From: Myxococcales bacterium
GTDB lineage: Bacteria; Myxococcota_A; Polyangia; Polyangiales; Polyangiaceae
Assembly: GCA_016720545.1 (NCBI GenBank)
Contig: JADKKK010000003.1
Span: 345,516-409,515 of the forward strand
Direction of reading: 5' to 3'
DNA: 64,000 nucleotides
Positions within the stretch are counted from its first letter, which is position 1. Every line of letters starts with the position of its first letter. Positions 31,517 to 41,065 of this stretch are shown here, in pieces. The notes under the pieces are model-generated. The model was not told the DNA's origin. It saw only the letters and a program-made list of their open reading frames with translations, and searched no databases. The position numbers and the translations under genes were made by a program.

Positions 31517-32296
31517 CTACTGCGCGGCCCAGCCGCCGTCCATGTTCCAGGCCACGCCGCGCACCTGGCTCGCGGCGTCGCTGCACAAAAACCCGACCAG
31601 CTGCGCCAGCTGCGACGTAGTCACGAAGTCGCCCGACGGCTGCTTCTCGCAGAGCAGGGCGCGCTTCGCGGTCTCCTTGTCGGTGTCGTCCTTCGCCGCG
31701 CGCGCGTCGACCTGCGCCTCGACGAGCGGCGTGAGCACCCAGCCGGGGCACACCGCGTTGCACGTCACGCCGGTGCGCGCGGTCTCGAGCGCCGTCACCT
31801 TCGTGAGCCCCACGAGGCCGTGCTTGGCGGCCACGTACGCGGCCTTCTGCGGCGAGGCCACGAGGCCGTGCACCGACGCGACGTTGACGATTCGCCCCCA
31901 GTCGTTCCGCTTCATGTGGGGCAGCGCGAGCCGCGTCGTGTGGAACGCGGAGGTGAGGTTCACCGCGAGGACCGAGTCCCAGCAGTCGACCGGGAAGTCC
32001 TCCACGCTCGCCACGTGCTGGATGCCGGCGTTGTTCACGAGCACGTCGATGCCGCCGAACTCGACCTCGGCGTACCGCGCGAGGTCCTCGATGTCGGACG
32101 CGCGGCTCATGTCGGCGCCGTGATACCCCACGCGCGCGCCGGGCCGCGCCGCGGCCTCCACCTCGCGCCGCGGCCGGCTCTCTTCGCCGAAGCCGTTCAG
32201 CACCACGTGCGCGCCGTGCGCCGCCAGCACCCTCGCGATGCCAAGGCCAATGCCGCTGGTCGAGCCCGTGACGACCGCTGTCTTCCCGGATAGCAT
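31517..32296 (-). CDS. bdhA: 3-hydroxybutyrate dehydrogenase (SDR)
   Basis: TGSTSGIGLGIA (TGxxxGIG), NNAG, YVAAK catalytic YxxxK. Adjacent to the PHB depolymerase. Confidence 0.85.
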   Translation of the reverse strand: MLSGKTAVVTGSTSGIGLGIARVLAAHGAHVVLNGFGEESRPRREVEAAARPGARVGYHGADMSRASDIEDLARYAEVEFGGIDVLVNNAGIQHVASVEDFPVDCWDSVLAVNLTSAFHTTRLALPHMKRNDWGRIVNVASVHGLVASPQKAAYVAAKHGLVGLTKVTALETARTGVTCNAVCPGWVLTPLVEAQVDARAAKDDTDKETAKRALLCEKQPSGDFVTTSQLAQLVGFLCSDAASQVRGVAWNMDGGWAAQ

Positions 32297-32301
32297 GCAG
32301 C

Positions 32302-33585
32302 TTACACCCTTTCCTGAGCGTGGTCCCTACCGCTGCGCGCACCGACGAAATCGCGCACGATGGGGTAGATCGACTCGCGCCATCGCCGCCCGGAGAACAC
32401 TCCGTAGTGGCCACACCCGGCCGCCACGTGGTGGCGCCGGTGCTCGTCGGGCACGCCCGCGCACAGCGCGTGGGCGGCCTGGGTCTGCCCGAGGCCGGCG
32501 ATGTCGTCGTCGGCGCCTTCGATGGTGAGCAGCGCCGTATCGCGGATGGCGGCGGGCCTGACGCGCTCGCCGGCCACGTCCCACGTGCCCCGCGCGAGCG
32601 CGAACTCCTGGAACACGAGCCGCACGGTCTCCAGGTAATAGGGCGCGTCCATGTCGAGCACGGCGTTGTAGTCGTCGTAGAAGCGCTCGTGCGACGCGCG
32701 CTTCGCGTCGCCGTCGCTCCCCGTGAGGTGCCCGAGCCAGTACTCGACGTGGGCGTCGATGTGCCGCGACGGGTTCATCGCCACGAACGCGGAGAGCTGC
32801 AAAAACCCCGGGTAAACGCGGCGCCCGCGGCCCGGATAGCGCCCCGGGACGGTCTTGATGAGCGTGCGCTCGAACCACGCCAGCGATCGCTCGGTCGCGA
32901 GCCGGTTCACCTCGGTCGGGTTCCGGCGCGCGTCGACCGGGCCGCCCATGAGGGTGAGGGAGCGGGGCGTGGCCTCGCCGGCCTGCGCGAGCAGGGCGAT
33001 CGCGGCGAGCACCGGCACGGTGGGCTGGCACACGGCGACGACGTGGAGTGTTGCCGCGCCGAGCAGACGCACGAGCCGCTGCACCGTGTGCACGTAGTCG
33101 TCGAGGCTGAACGACCCCTGCGCCACGGGCACCTCGCGGGCGCAGACCCAGTCGGTGACGTAGACGTCGTGGTCGGCGAGCAGCGAGCGCACCGTGTCGC
33201 GCAAGAGCGTCGCGTGGTGCCCCGAGAGCGGGGCGCAGAGCAGCACCTTCGGCTGGGCGCGGAGGCGCTGGGCCAGCGCGGGGTCGGCGGTCTCGCGGAC
33301 GAACCGCACGAGCCGGCAGAACGGCTCGGCGTGCACGACCTCCTCGGTGACGCGCACCTCGCCGGCGGCGGCGCCGCCGACCGAGACGCGGTCGAGGCCG
33401 AACGCGGGCTTCTCGTAGCGCCTCGTCAGCCGGTGGAGCAGCGCGTGCCCGGCCCCGACCACGCGCGCGCCGGGCACATGAGAGAGCGGGCTCTTCTCGT
33501 GGGTGAGGAGGCGGGCGGTAGCGAAAGAGACGCGCGCCACCGGGTCGAGGCACGTGCGCTGGAGCTCATGAAGGCGGTAGAGCAT
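32302..33585 (-). CDS. phaZ: Intracellular poly(3-hydroxybutyrate) depolymerase (PhaZ family)
   Basis: Overall PhaZ-family layout: ...LLCAPLSGHHATLLRDTVRSLL...VVAVCQPTVPVL... Intact 427 aa. Confidence 0.75.
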   Translation of the reverse strand: MLYRLHELQRTCLDPVARVSFATARLLTHEKSPLSHVPGARVVGAGHALLHRLTRRYEKPAFGLDRVSVGGAAAGEVRVTEEVVHAEPFCRLVRFVRETADPALAQRLRAQPKVLLCAPLSGHHATLLRDTVRSLLADHDVYVTDWVCAREVPVAQGSFSLDDYVHTVQRLVRLLGAATLHVVAVCQPTVPVLAAIALLAQAGEATPRSLTLMGGPVDARRNPTEVNRLATERSLAWFERTLIKTVPGRYPGRGRRVYPGFLQLSAFVAMNPSRHIDAHVEYWLGHLTGSDGDAKRASHERFYDDYNAVLDMDAPYYLETVRLVFQEFALARGTWDVAGERVRPAAIRDTALLTIEGADDDIAGLGQTQAAHALCAGVPDEHRRHHVAAGCGHYGVFSGRRWRESIYPIVRDFVGARSGRDHAQERV

Positions 33586-33767
33586 GGTCTGGGTGGCGCG
33601 GGGTCTCGCGCAGAACCCAGTATGTGCACCTGCAACAATTTGTGCAACGCAATATTTTTGCGCGCCTTCACAGACAGGGTCCGTTCATCACGTGCGCACA
33701 CACGTGTGCTGCGGCGCACAAGCACAGCGGCGGCCGCGCGTCGGCGCGGCCGACTCCGCGACCGGCC

Positions 33768-34728
33768 TCAGCTCGCTTGCAGCGCCCCCAGGTAGTCGCT
33801 GAGGTTCCCCAGGTGCTGACGCCCGCCCTCGATCGCGAAGCCCGAGACCTTCTCGTCGCGCAGCTCGCGCGAGGTGCACACGAGCCGCATCGAGACGCGC
33901 GTCTTGGCGTCACGCCCGTCACGCCCGTCACCTTCCGCGGTGAGCGTGATCTCGGCGCGGAACATCACGGTCTCCCAGTCGCCGTGGTCGTACACGATGC
34001 GCTCGGGCTCGGTGAGCTCGACGTACGTCGCCTTGTTCGGCCAGCGCTTGCCGTCGGGACCTACCATCTCGAACTTCCACACGCCGCCCACGCGCACGTC
34101 TTGCTCGACGCCCACGTTGGTGAACCCGTTGGGCCCCCACCACTTGTTCACGTGCTCCGGATCGGTGAACACCTTCCACACGAGGGCGCGCGGCGCGGCG
34201 ACCACCCGCTCGAGGCGGATCTCGCGCTCGGTCTCGTCGAGGTAGCGATCGAGGCTCGCGAACATGCCGCCGAACCCCTGCGTCATGCCGCCTCGCGCGC
34301 CGTCGAACATGGCCAAGGCCTCGGCCTCGGCCTCGTAGGGCTGCCAGGTGACCGTGACCTTGGTCTCGCCGGGCCCCGCGTCTTCGAAGGTGGTGGTGGC
34401 CATCATTTGCAGTGGCCACGTCGCAGCCATCGGGTGACGGCAGAGGGCGCCGTGCTCGTCGGAGAAGCTCTGGAGGAAGACGAGCTTCTGGTCGGGGACG
34501 ACCTCGCGGTAGAGCTGCTTGCCCCAGGTCTTCTCGCCCTTCTCGTCCGTGTACCCGTAGTGGCACTCGCCGCCCGGCCGGATGTCGAGGTCGAGCTTGA
34601 TGACCTTCGCGCCCGCGGGCCCCATCCAGCGCGCGAGGTGCAGGGCGTCGGTGTGCATTTGGTAGACGAGCGGGCGGGGCGCGCGGAAGACGCGGGAGAT
34701 GCTGAAGGGATTGGTCGGATCGCTCATG
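33768..34728 (-). CDS. SRPBCC / AHSA1 (activator of Hsp90 ATPase-like) tandem-domain protein
   Basis: MSDPTNPFSISRVFRAPRPLVYQMHTDALHLARWMGP and a second repeat RLERVVAAPRALVWKVFTDPEHVNKWWGP. The ATGA overlap with the ArsR stop is the usual pairing. Confidence 0.8.
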
Positions 34729-35113
34729 GGCTCTCTTTCGGATCGGGCGTGTCGAGTGGCGTGGGGGGCGTGGCCGCGGGGGCCGGTGATGTGCGCTGGA
34801 GCTCGTGCAGGTAGGCGTCGAGCCGATCGAAGCGAGCCTCGAGCTCGCGGCGGGTGTGCTCGATCCAGTCGACCGCCTCGTCGAGCGGGCGCGCGTCGAG
34901 CCGGCACGGGCGCCACTGGGCGTTTCGGCCGCGAGTGATGAGCCCGCTCTCCTCGAGCACCTTGAGGTGCCGCGAGATGGCGGGCGCGCTCAGGTCGAAG
35001 GGCCGCGCCAGCTCCTGCACCGACGCCTCGCCCTGGCCGAGGCGCGCCAGAATGGCCCGCCGCGTGGGGTGCGCGAGGGCGGCGAACGTGCGGCTGAGGG
35101 GGTCGGAGGACAT
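34724..35113 (-). CDS. ArsR/SmtB-family transcriptional regulator
   Basis: FAALAHPTRRAILARLGQGEASVQELARPFDLSAPAISRHLKVLEESGLI (wHTH). Confidence 0.9.
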   Translation of the reverse strand: MSSDPLSRTFAALAHPTRRAILARLGQGEASVQELARPFDLSAPAISRHLKVLEESGLITRGRNAQWRPCRLDARPLDEAVDWIEHTRRELEARFDRLDAYLHELQRTSPAPAATPPTPLDTPDPKESP

Positions 35114-35114
35114 A

Positions 35115-35147
35115 GTTAACCCATTTGTTAATTAACAAATAGGTTAA
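35115..35147. promoter_or_regulatory. Near-perfect 32-bp AT-rich palindrome TTAACCCATTTGTTAATTAACAAATAGGTTAA abutting the arsR start codon; candidate ArsR autoregulatory operator
   Basis: Seen directly. One mismatch pair. It is the only AT-rich stretch for kilobases. Confidence 0.6.
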
Positions 35148-35189
35148 ATACAGCACCGGGTCAAGCCCGCGCGGCCGGACCGCTCGCGT

Positions 35190-36404
35190 TCACGTGGTGG
35201 GCAGGGGCCCCGGGCTCCAAATGTGCACGTCCTGGGCGACGCCCTTCAGGCGCTGCGCGCCGAGGTCCTCGCACGCGACGCCGGTCGCGTCGACGAACGC
35301 CTGGCTCACCAGGAGCGGCCGGTCGAGCGCACGACACAACCCCTGGATACGGCTGGCCAGGTTCACCGCCGGCCCGATCACAGTGAAGTCGAGGCGGTCG
35401 GGGCCGCCGATGTTCCCGTACATCACCTCGCCGAGGTGGATCGACGTGCCGAACTCGAGGAGCGCGCTCCCGGCGCGCGCGGCGTTCTTCGCCTGCGCGC
35501 GCTCGAAGGCCTCTCGCGCCGCGGCGAGGGCGGCGAGGCACGCGCGGCGCTCGTCGCCCACCGAAGAGCGGAACACCGCGAGCACCGCGTCGCCGACGAA
35601 CTTCAGCACCTCGCCACCGTGCGCCTGCACCGCGCCCACGACGCAGTCGAAGTAGTCGTTCAGCAGCGCCAGGAGCTCGGCGCTCGCGAGGCGGTCGGAG
35701 AGGACCGTGAAGTCGCGCAAATCGGTGAACGAGACCGCCGCGTGGATGGGCTCGCCGTCGCCGCGCTTCACCGCGCCTCGCAGCACCCGCGCGCCCGCGT
35801 CGGCGCCGAGGTAGGTCGTGAGGAGGGTGCGCGCGATGCGGGCCATCACGTGGGCGTCGAGGATGGGCTCGAGCCACCCGACGGTCGACAGCACGAGCGC
35901 GAGCGCCTCGTCGGTGAAGCCGCCCGGCGCGCGCGTGGCCACGCTCACCGCGCCGAACCCCGCGCTCACCGTGTGGCGCGTGCCCGCGATCAGGTAGTCG
36001 GTGAAGCCGTCCGCCCGGAGATCACCGACGATCGCGAAGTCGGCGGGGCACGCGGGGTCGGCGAGCGGCCGGCGGATCACGGCGTGGGTGCCGAGCTGGA
36101 TGCTGCGGAGCGGGCTCGCGGCGAACTCGGCGCCAAGGACCGCAGCCCACGCGCGGGCGATCTCGCGGACGGGCCGGCCCTCGCCCTCCCACACGAAGTT
36201 CCACGCGGCGACCTGCGGGTGCAGCGTGGGGATGACATAGAACGCCCGGTCGACGGGGACACCGTCGGCGCGAAGCGCGCGCACGTACCCCTCGATCAGC
36301 GCCGCGGTCGCGGGGGTCGCGCGAGCCTCGCCGTGCAAGTAGTGGAGGGTCGCCCCAGGCTCGACGCTGCCGAGCGGCGGCAACGGGACGTCGTAGATGG
36401 CCAT
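35190..36404 (-). CDS. Class III adenylate/guanylate cyclase with N-terminal sensor domain
   Basis: FTDLRDFTVLS, KFVGDAVLAVF, GEVMYGNIGGPDRLDFTVIGPAVNLASR. Confidence 0.85.
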   Translation of the reverse strand: MAIYDVPLPPLGSVEPGATLHYLHGEARATPATAALIEGYVRALRADGVPVDRAFYVIPTLHPQVAAWNFVWEGEGRPVREIARAWAAVLGAEFAASPLRSIQLGTHAVIRRPLADPACPADFAIVGDLRADGFTDYLIAGTRHTVSAGFGAVSVATRAPGGFTDEALALVLSTVGWLEPILDAHVMARIARTLLTTYLGADAGARVLRGAVKRGDGEPIHAAVSFTDLRDFTVLSDRLASAELLALLNDYFDCVVGAVQAHGGEVLKFVGDAVLAVFRSSVGDERRACLAALAAAREAFERAQAKNAARAGSALLEFGTSIHLGEVMYGNIGGPDRLDFTVIGPAVNLASRIQGLCRALDRPLLVSQAFVDATGVACEDLGAQRLKGVAQDVHIWSPGPLPTT

Positions 36405-36616
36405 CGGGCCGATGCTACCTCACCGCCCCCGCGCCGTGCCGCCGCGCGGTCGCGTGAAGCCGCGAGGAGGGCCGGCGAGGCCTCGTGCAAGCCCCGACAC
36501 AGCGTCCGCCGAGGCCGCCGGGCGAGTGTGGGCTTGCGCTCGCGGCGGGGAGTGACCATTCATCGCGAAGACCTGCCGCGTCCTCGAGGCGCGACGTACC
36601 CCAAGAGACGAAGGCG

Positions 36617-37228
36617 ATGACCACCCGCGAAGACCACTGGAACACGATTTACCGCACCAAGCCGGCCGACAGGGTGTCGTGGTACCAGGCCGACGTCTCC
36701 ACCTCGCTCGACCTCGTGCGCGCGTGCGGTCTCCCTCCCGGCGCGCCGCTCCTCGACGTGGGGGCCGGGGCCTCGCTGCTGGTCGATGGCCTCCTCGGCG
36801 CGGGCTTCACCGACGTCACCCTGCTCGACCTCGCGAGCGAGGCGCTGGCCGTCACCCGGGCCCGCCTCGGCGACGAGCCGCGCGTGCGGGAGGTCGTGGC
36901 CGACGTGGCGGCGTGGTCACCGACCCGCACCTACGCGCTCTGGCATGATCGCGCCGTGTTCCACTTCCTCGTCGAGCCCGAGGCGCGCGCGGGGTACTTG
37001 CGGGCGCTCGGCGCGGCCCTCGCGCCCGGTGCGCACGCCATCGTGGGCACCTTCGCCCTCGACGGCCCCGAGCGCTGCAGCGACCTGCCCGTGCGGCGGT
37101 ACTCGGCCGAGGGGCTGGCGGAGGAGCTCGCCCCCGTGCTCGAGCACGTGGAGTCGCGCCACCTCCTGCACACGACCCCGTGGGGCTCGTCGCAGTCGTT
37201 CGTGTTCGGCCGCTTTCGCGCGCGTTGA
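36617..37228 (+). CDS. Class I SAM-dependent methyltransferase
   Basis: LLDVGAGASLLVDGLL (motif I), ...YALWHDRAVFHFL. Confidence 0.75.
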   Translation: MTTREDHWNTIYRTKPADRVSWYQADVSTSLDLVRACGLPPGAPLLDVGAGASLLVDGLLGAGFTDVTLLDLASEALAVTRARLGDEPRVREVVADVAAWSPTRTYALWHDRAVFHFLVEPEARAGYLRALGAALAPGAHAIVGTFALDGPERCSDLPVRRYSAEGLAEELAPVLEHVESRHLLHTTPWGSSQSFVFGRFRAR

Positions 37229-37302
37229 AGGCGACCGATCACGCAGCGCGTGCGTGCCTCGCGCAGAGTCTGCGCCACACACACCGCCCGCGCGATGTCG
37301 CC

Positions 37303-38337
37303 TCACGGCCGGCGCGAGGCGCCCGCGGTCTGCGCGATGGCCTCCCAGTCGATCGGGACGCGGGGCACGTAGCCGAGCACGTCACGCGCCCGCCGCCCGT
37401 CCAGGACGCCGCTCAGGTGGAAGCGCAGCGCGTTCGAATCGTACCGAAACTCCGCGTGGATCGCCCGCTGGCGCAGGCCGTAGAGCGGCCGCAGGAGCGG
37501 CCCCGGGACCGGGATCGACACGCGGCGCGCGAGCTCCACGGCGCGGGAGAGCGGCAACACGTCCCGACCGACGATGTTGAAGATGCCGGTCGGGCGCGGC
37601 CCCTCGCCAAGCCCCCCGCGCGGCGCCGCGCCGTCGACCGCGCGAGGCGACCGCAACGCCGCGAGCGTCGCCGACACAGCGTCGTCGATCGAGAGCAGCG
37701 AGAGCATCGGGTCGAAGCCGATGGGACGAAAGCACACCTTGGACGACAGGTAGTCGAAGAGCTGGCTGCCCGAGGCGGGCGCGAGCAACTCGGCGAAGCG
37801 GAGCACCGCGATCGACAGCCGTGACATGCCCATGCGCATGCACACCGTCACGTCGGCCTCGAGGCGATCGCGCTCGATCTGCGGCATCCCGCCGACGAGG
37901 CGCAGCGGGTGCTCTTCGGCGATCAGCACCGGTTCGTCGGGGTCGATGCGGTAGACGTCGGCGTAGCTGCGAAAGACGAAGTGGTCGATCGTGGGGTGCT
38001 CTTCGGAGAGCCGCAGCAGCTCCCGCGTCGAGTCCACGTTGAGCTGCCTGATCTTCCGGCCCGCGTCGGCCGCGCGCCGGTGCCATGCGCCATGCACGAC
38101 GGCGCGTAGCCCGAGCTCGCGGGCCGGTCCGCCGAGCAAGGTCTGGAGGTCCCGCGGCCGGGTGAGATCCGCACGCACGTAGGTGAGCCGCGGATCGGCC
38201 GGCAAGAGCCGCGCGGCCTCCTCATTCGACTCGGCCCCCACCGCGAGCACGGGGCAGAGCCCTGGCTCCGCCAGCAGTCCCCGCGCGAGGGCGCGCCCGT
38301 AGGGCGTGGTCGCCCCTGTCAGCAACACCCCGCTCAC
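37303..38337 (-). CDS. NAD-dependent epimerase/dehydratase family protein
   Basis: GTG start VSGVLLTGATTPYGRALARGLL (Rossmann). GTGA overlap with the upstream acyltransferase stop. Confidence 0.75.
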   Translation of the reverse strand: MSGVLLTGATTPYGRALARGLLAEPGLCPVLAVGAESNEEAARLLPADPRLTYVRADLTRPRDLQTLLGGPARELGLRAVVHGAWHRRAADAGRKIRQLNVDSTRELLRLSEEHPTIDHFVFRSYADVYRIDPDEPVLIAEEHPLRLVGGMPQIERDRLEADVTVCMRMGMSRLSIAVLRFAELLAPASGSQLFDYLSSKVCFRPIGFDPMLSLLSIDDAVSATLAALRSPRAVDGAAPRGGLGEGPRPTGIFNIVGRDVLPLSRAVELARRVSIPVPGPLLRPLYGLRQRAIHAEFRYDSNALRFHLSGVLDGRRARDVLGYVPRVPIDWEAIAQTAGASRRP

Positions 38338-39227
38338 TGGAACACGCCCTTCCGTTCCCGCAGGCCCCGCGCGATGAGGGCCTCGACGGCCGCGCGCGTC
38401 CGGTCGGCGGCGCGCTGCACGATCTCGGGCCGGCGCGCGTCCTCCGGGGCGTAGCCGAAGTGGATCGGGGCTCCGTAGTGGATGTGGTAGCGGACCGGCA
38501 GCGGGAGCGGCGTCGCGGGCACGGGCAGGTAGGGCGCGCCGAGCACGCGTATCGGGAGGCGGGCGAGCTGCGGCCACTGCTCCTCCGCGCCGATCACCGC
38601 GACCGGGACGATGGGCACCCCGTGGGCGATCGCCGTCTCGGCGTGGCCCACCCGCCAGCCCTGCAAGCGGTAGCGCTCACGGAAGCGCTTGCCCACGCCC
38701 GGCGTGCCCTCGGGGAAGATGAGCACGAGCTCGCCCGCCTCGAGCAGGAAGCGCAGGTTTTCGCGGGTGCCAGGCGCCGCGCCCGCGCGCGCAAAGAAGA
38801 GGCCCGCGAAGGGCAGCAGCGGCACGAAGCGATCGACGATGGTCCGCGGCACGCGCGGCGGCTCGGTGTGGCGCTGCACGTCGAGGTAGATCATCGCGCC
38901 GTCGAGCGGGAGGGTGCCGCTGTGGTTGGAGACCAGGATCGCCGGGCCACGCGCCGGCAGGTGCTCGGTGCCGTGGGACTCGACTCGAAAATACGACTCG
39001 TAGAGGAACCGGAAGGCGCCGAGGCCCGCGGCGACCCAGTCGGGGTGGAGCCCGAGGGCGTCGTAGCCGTGACCCGCGTCGTCGTACTGAAGCCTCGCGA
39101 CGCGCTCGCGCTGGGCCTCGGGCAGCAGCACGCGCGCGAGGGCGCGCGCGAACGGGCGCGGCGCGGGGCGCGGCGCACCCGACGCGGGGCGCGACGCAGG
39201 GCACGAAGATGGGGGCTTGGGGGTCAT
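38334..39227 (-). CDS. 1-acyl-sn-glycerol-3-phosphate acyltransferase-like (PlsC family)
   Basis: NHSGTLPLDG (HX4D-type box), FPEGT. Operon with the epimerase. Confidence 0.75.
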   Translation of the reverse strand: MTPKPPSSCPASRPASGAPRPAPRPFARALARVLLPEAQRERVARLQYDDAGHGYDALGLHPDWVAAGLGAFRFLYESYFRVESHGTEHLPARGPAILVSNHSGTLPLDGAMIYLDVQRHTEPPRVPRTIVDRFVPLLPFAGLFFARAGAAPGTRENLRFLLEAGELVLIFPEGTPGVGKRFRERYRLQGWRVGHAETAIAHGVPIVPVAVIGAEEQWPQLARLPIRVLGAPYLPVPATPLPLPVRYHIHYGAPIHFGYAPEDARRPEIVQRAADRTRAAVEALIARGLRERKGVFQ

Positions 39228-39338
39228 CGGGTGCGCTGTCAGGGAGCAAGAACCGAGCCCACTCGTTCGCGTGGGCTGGGGCGACGCGGAGACCGGCGCC
39301 CGCGCCTCGTCGCCGCGCTCCGTGGTACCGTGGACGCC

Positions 39339-40208
39339 GTGAGCGCTCCGCTTCTCGCCGCGACCGATCTGCGCCTCGACGAGGGCGCGAGCGTCGTCGT
39401 CGAGGGGCTCACGTTCGAGACCCAGGGCGACAAGGTGCTCGTCTTCGGTGGGTCCTGGCCGGTGCTGCGCGCGGCCCTCCGCGAGCTCGCGCCGCGCCGC
39501 GGGGCCCTTCTGCTGGGCGGCCACACGCCCGAGCACGCGGCCCGCGCGTCGACCGTCGCGATCGCGCCGCTCGATCCGCCGCTGCCCCCAGAGCTCACGC
39601 CCCGAGCCTACATCGCGTGGAGCGCGCGGCTCGCCACGACCAACGCCGGCCTCGCGCGGAAGCGGGCCGCGGAGGCGCTGGGCGCGCTCGGGCTCGAGCC
39701 CGTCGCCGGCTCGCCGCTCGGCCGGTGCGCCCTCACGGGCAGGCGCGCGACGGTCGTGGCAGCGGCCCTCGCGACCGGCGCCCCCGCGCTGCTCGTGGCC
39801 GATCCCACCGCGGGGCTCGCCGACGACGAGGCGCGGGGGTTCGCGCGCATACTGGTCAAGTCACTTGACAATATACGCTGGGCGCTGTTCGCCCCTCGCC
39901 TCGCCCTCGAGAGCCCGCTCGCCCTCGCCGCCGACGAGGCGCTCGTCCTCGGCGCGAGCGAGGTCCTCGCGCAGGGCGCGCCCGGCGATGTGGCCGCGCG
40001 CGAGCGGCGCTTCGCGATGCGTGTCCATGGCGAGGCCGAGGCGTTCGCGGCCGCGCTCGCAGCGCGCGGCTTCACGACGTCGGGCTCCCCGCCCCGCCTC
40101 TTCGTGGAGCTCACGGGCTCGCAGGGCACGCGCGACCTCTTTGCGCTCGCCCTCGAGCACCGCGCGATCATCGTGGAGCTCTCCCCGGTCGCGGGTGCGC
40201 TCGCGTAG
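39339..40208 (+). CDS. ABC-ATPase-fold protein with degenerate Walker A (pseudo-ABC ATPase)
   Basis: Signature-like LTGRRATVVAAALATGAPALLVADPTAGLAD (LSGG to LTGR, Walker B LLVADP). Where the P-loop should be it reads VFGGSWPVLRAAL. Confidence 0.5.
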   Translation: MSAPLLAATDLRLDEGASVVVEGLTFETQGDKVLVFGGSWPVLRAALRELAPRRGALLLGGHTPEHAARASTVAIAPLDPPLPPELTPRAYIAWSARLATTNAGLARKRAAEALGALGLEPVAGSPLGRCALTGRRATVVAAALATGAPALLVADPTAGLADDEARGFARILVKSLDNIRWALFAPRLALESPLALAADEALVLGASEVLAQGAPGDVAARERRFAMRVHGEAEAFAAALAARGFTTSGSPPRLFVELTGSQGTRDLFALALEHRAIIVELSPVAGALA

Positions 40209-40278
40209 ACTCGCGCGACGGACCCACCCGACTGCTCCGACAGACCGACGAGACGACGAGACGAGGAGACGCGAAGGA

Positions 40279-40935
40279 ATGGCGAACGACGACGAAGCGC
40301 TCGAGCCCCGTGAGGGCGCAGGCACGCTGGCCGCGCGGAGCCTCGGGCCGAGCCGTATGGGGGTATACACCGCGCTCGGCACGCTGAGCGGCGTCGTGCC
40401 CCTGCCCTGGGTGCCCGACGCTGTGGCCCGTCGCATTCGAGGGGCGCTCGCCCACGAGATCGTGAGCCGCCACGGGCTGTCGCTCACGCCCGAGGCGAGG
40501 CGCATCCTCGCGAGCACGGGCGGCGTCGAGGGCCCGCGCGGCGTCGTCGCCGAGGCCGTGGTGTTCGCCACGACCAAGGTGCTCGGGCGCTTCGGGCCGC
40601 TCGCGTTCCTCGCGCCGGTGCGCCTCGGCGTGACCACGTTCCTCCTCGGGCACCTGCTGCAGCGCTACCTCGAGACCGCCCGCAAGGGGCGCGCCGTGAG
40701 GGTCGACGCCGAGGAGGCGCGCCGCGTGCGCCGGGCCATCGACCAGGCCGTGCTCTACGTGTTCACGACCGAGGGCGAGGGCGAGAAGTTTCAGATCCCA
40801 CGCGCGCCGGAAGACCTCCGCGACGGCACGACCCAGCTCATCGACAGCGTGCTCATCTCCGCCGCCAACGTGCCGGCGTGGCTCGTGCGCAGGGTCGAGA
40901 CCGCCTTCGACGAGCTGCTCACGACGCTCGCCTGA
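40279..40935 (+). CDS. Hypothetical protein (218 aa)
   Basis: Intact ORF, protein-like composition, no family recognised. Confidence 0.5.
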   Translation: MANDDEALEPREGAGTLAARSLGPSRMGVYTALGTLSGVVPLPWVPDAVARRIRGALAHEIVSRHGLSLTPEARRILASTGGVEGPRGVVAEAVVFATTKVLGRFGPLAFLAPVRLGVTTFLLGHLLQRYLETARKGRAVRVDAEEARRVRRAIDQAVLYVFTTEGEGEKFQIPRAPEDLRDGTTQLIDSVLISAANVPAWLVRRVETAFDELLTTLA

Positions 40936-41065
40936 CCGGCGCCGCCGAGGCGACAAAAGAGGAATCGTGTCAGGCGCTTGCGCGTGGCCTGTCTCGCCCA
41001 CGCGCGTGGCCGCGCGGCGCGACGCGTGGGCCGCCTTCGTCCGTCGCCGTGCTAACAAGCGGCCC

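Noticed and set aside
33586-33768. Possible sigma-54 (-24/-12) promoter upstream of phaZ
   Set aside because: The GG to GC spacing in the best candidate (GGCGCGCAAAAATATTGCG) is about 15 nt rather than the required about 11. Not supported.
38460-39338. 5' two-thirds of the 582-aa plus-strand ORF
   Set aside because: Antisense to the PlsC-like acyltransferase. Only the portion from the GTG at 39339 has protein-like ABC-fold sequence.
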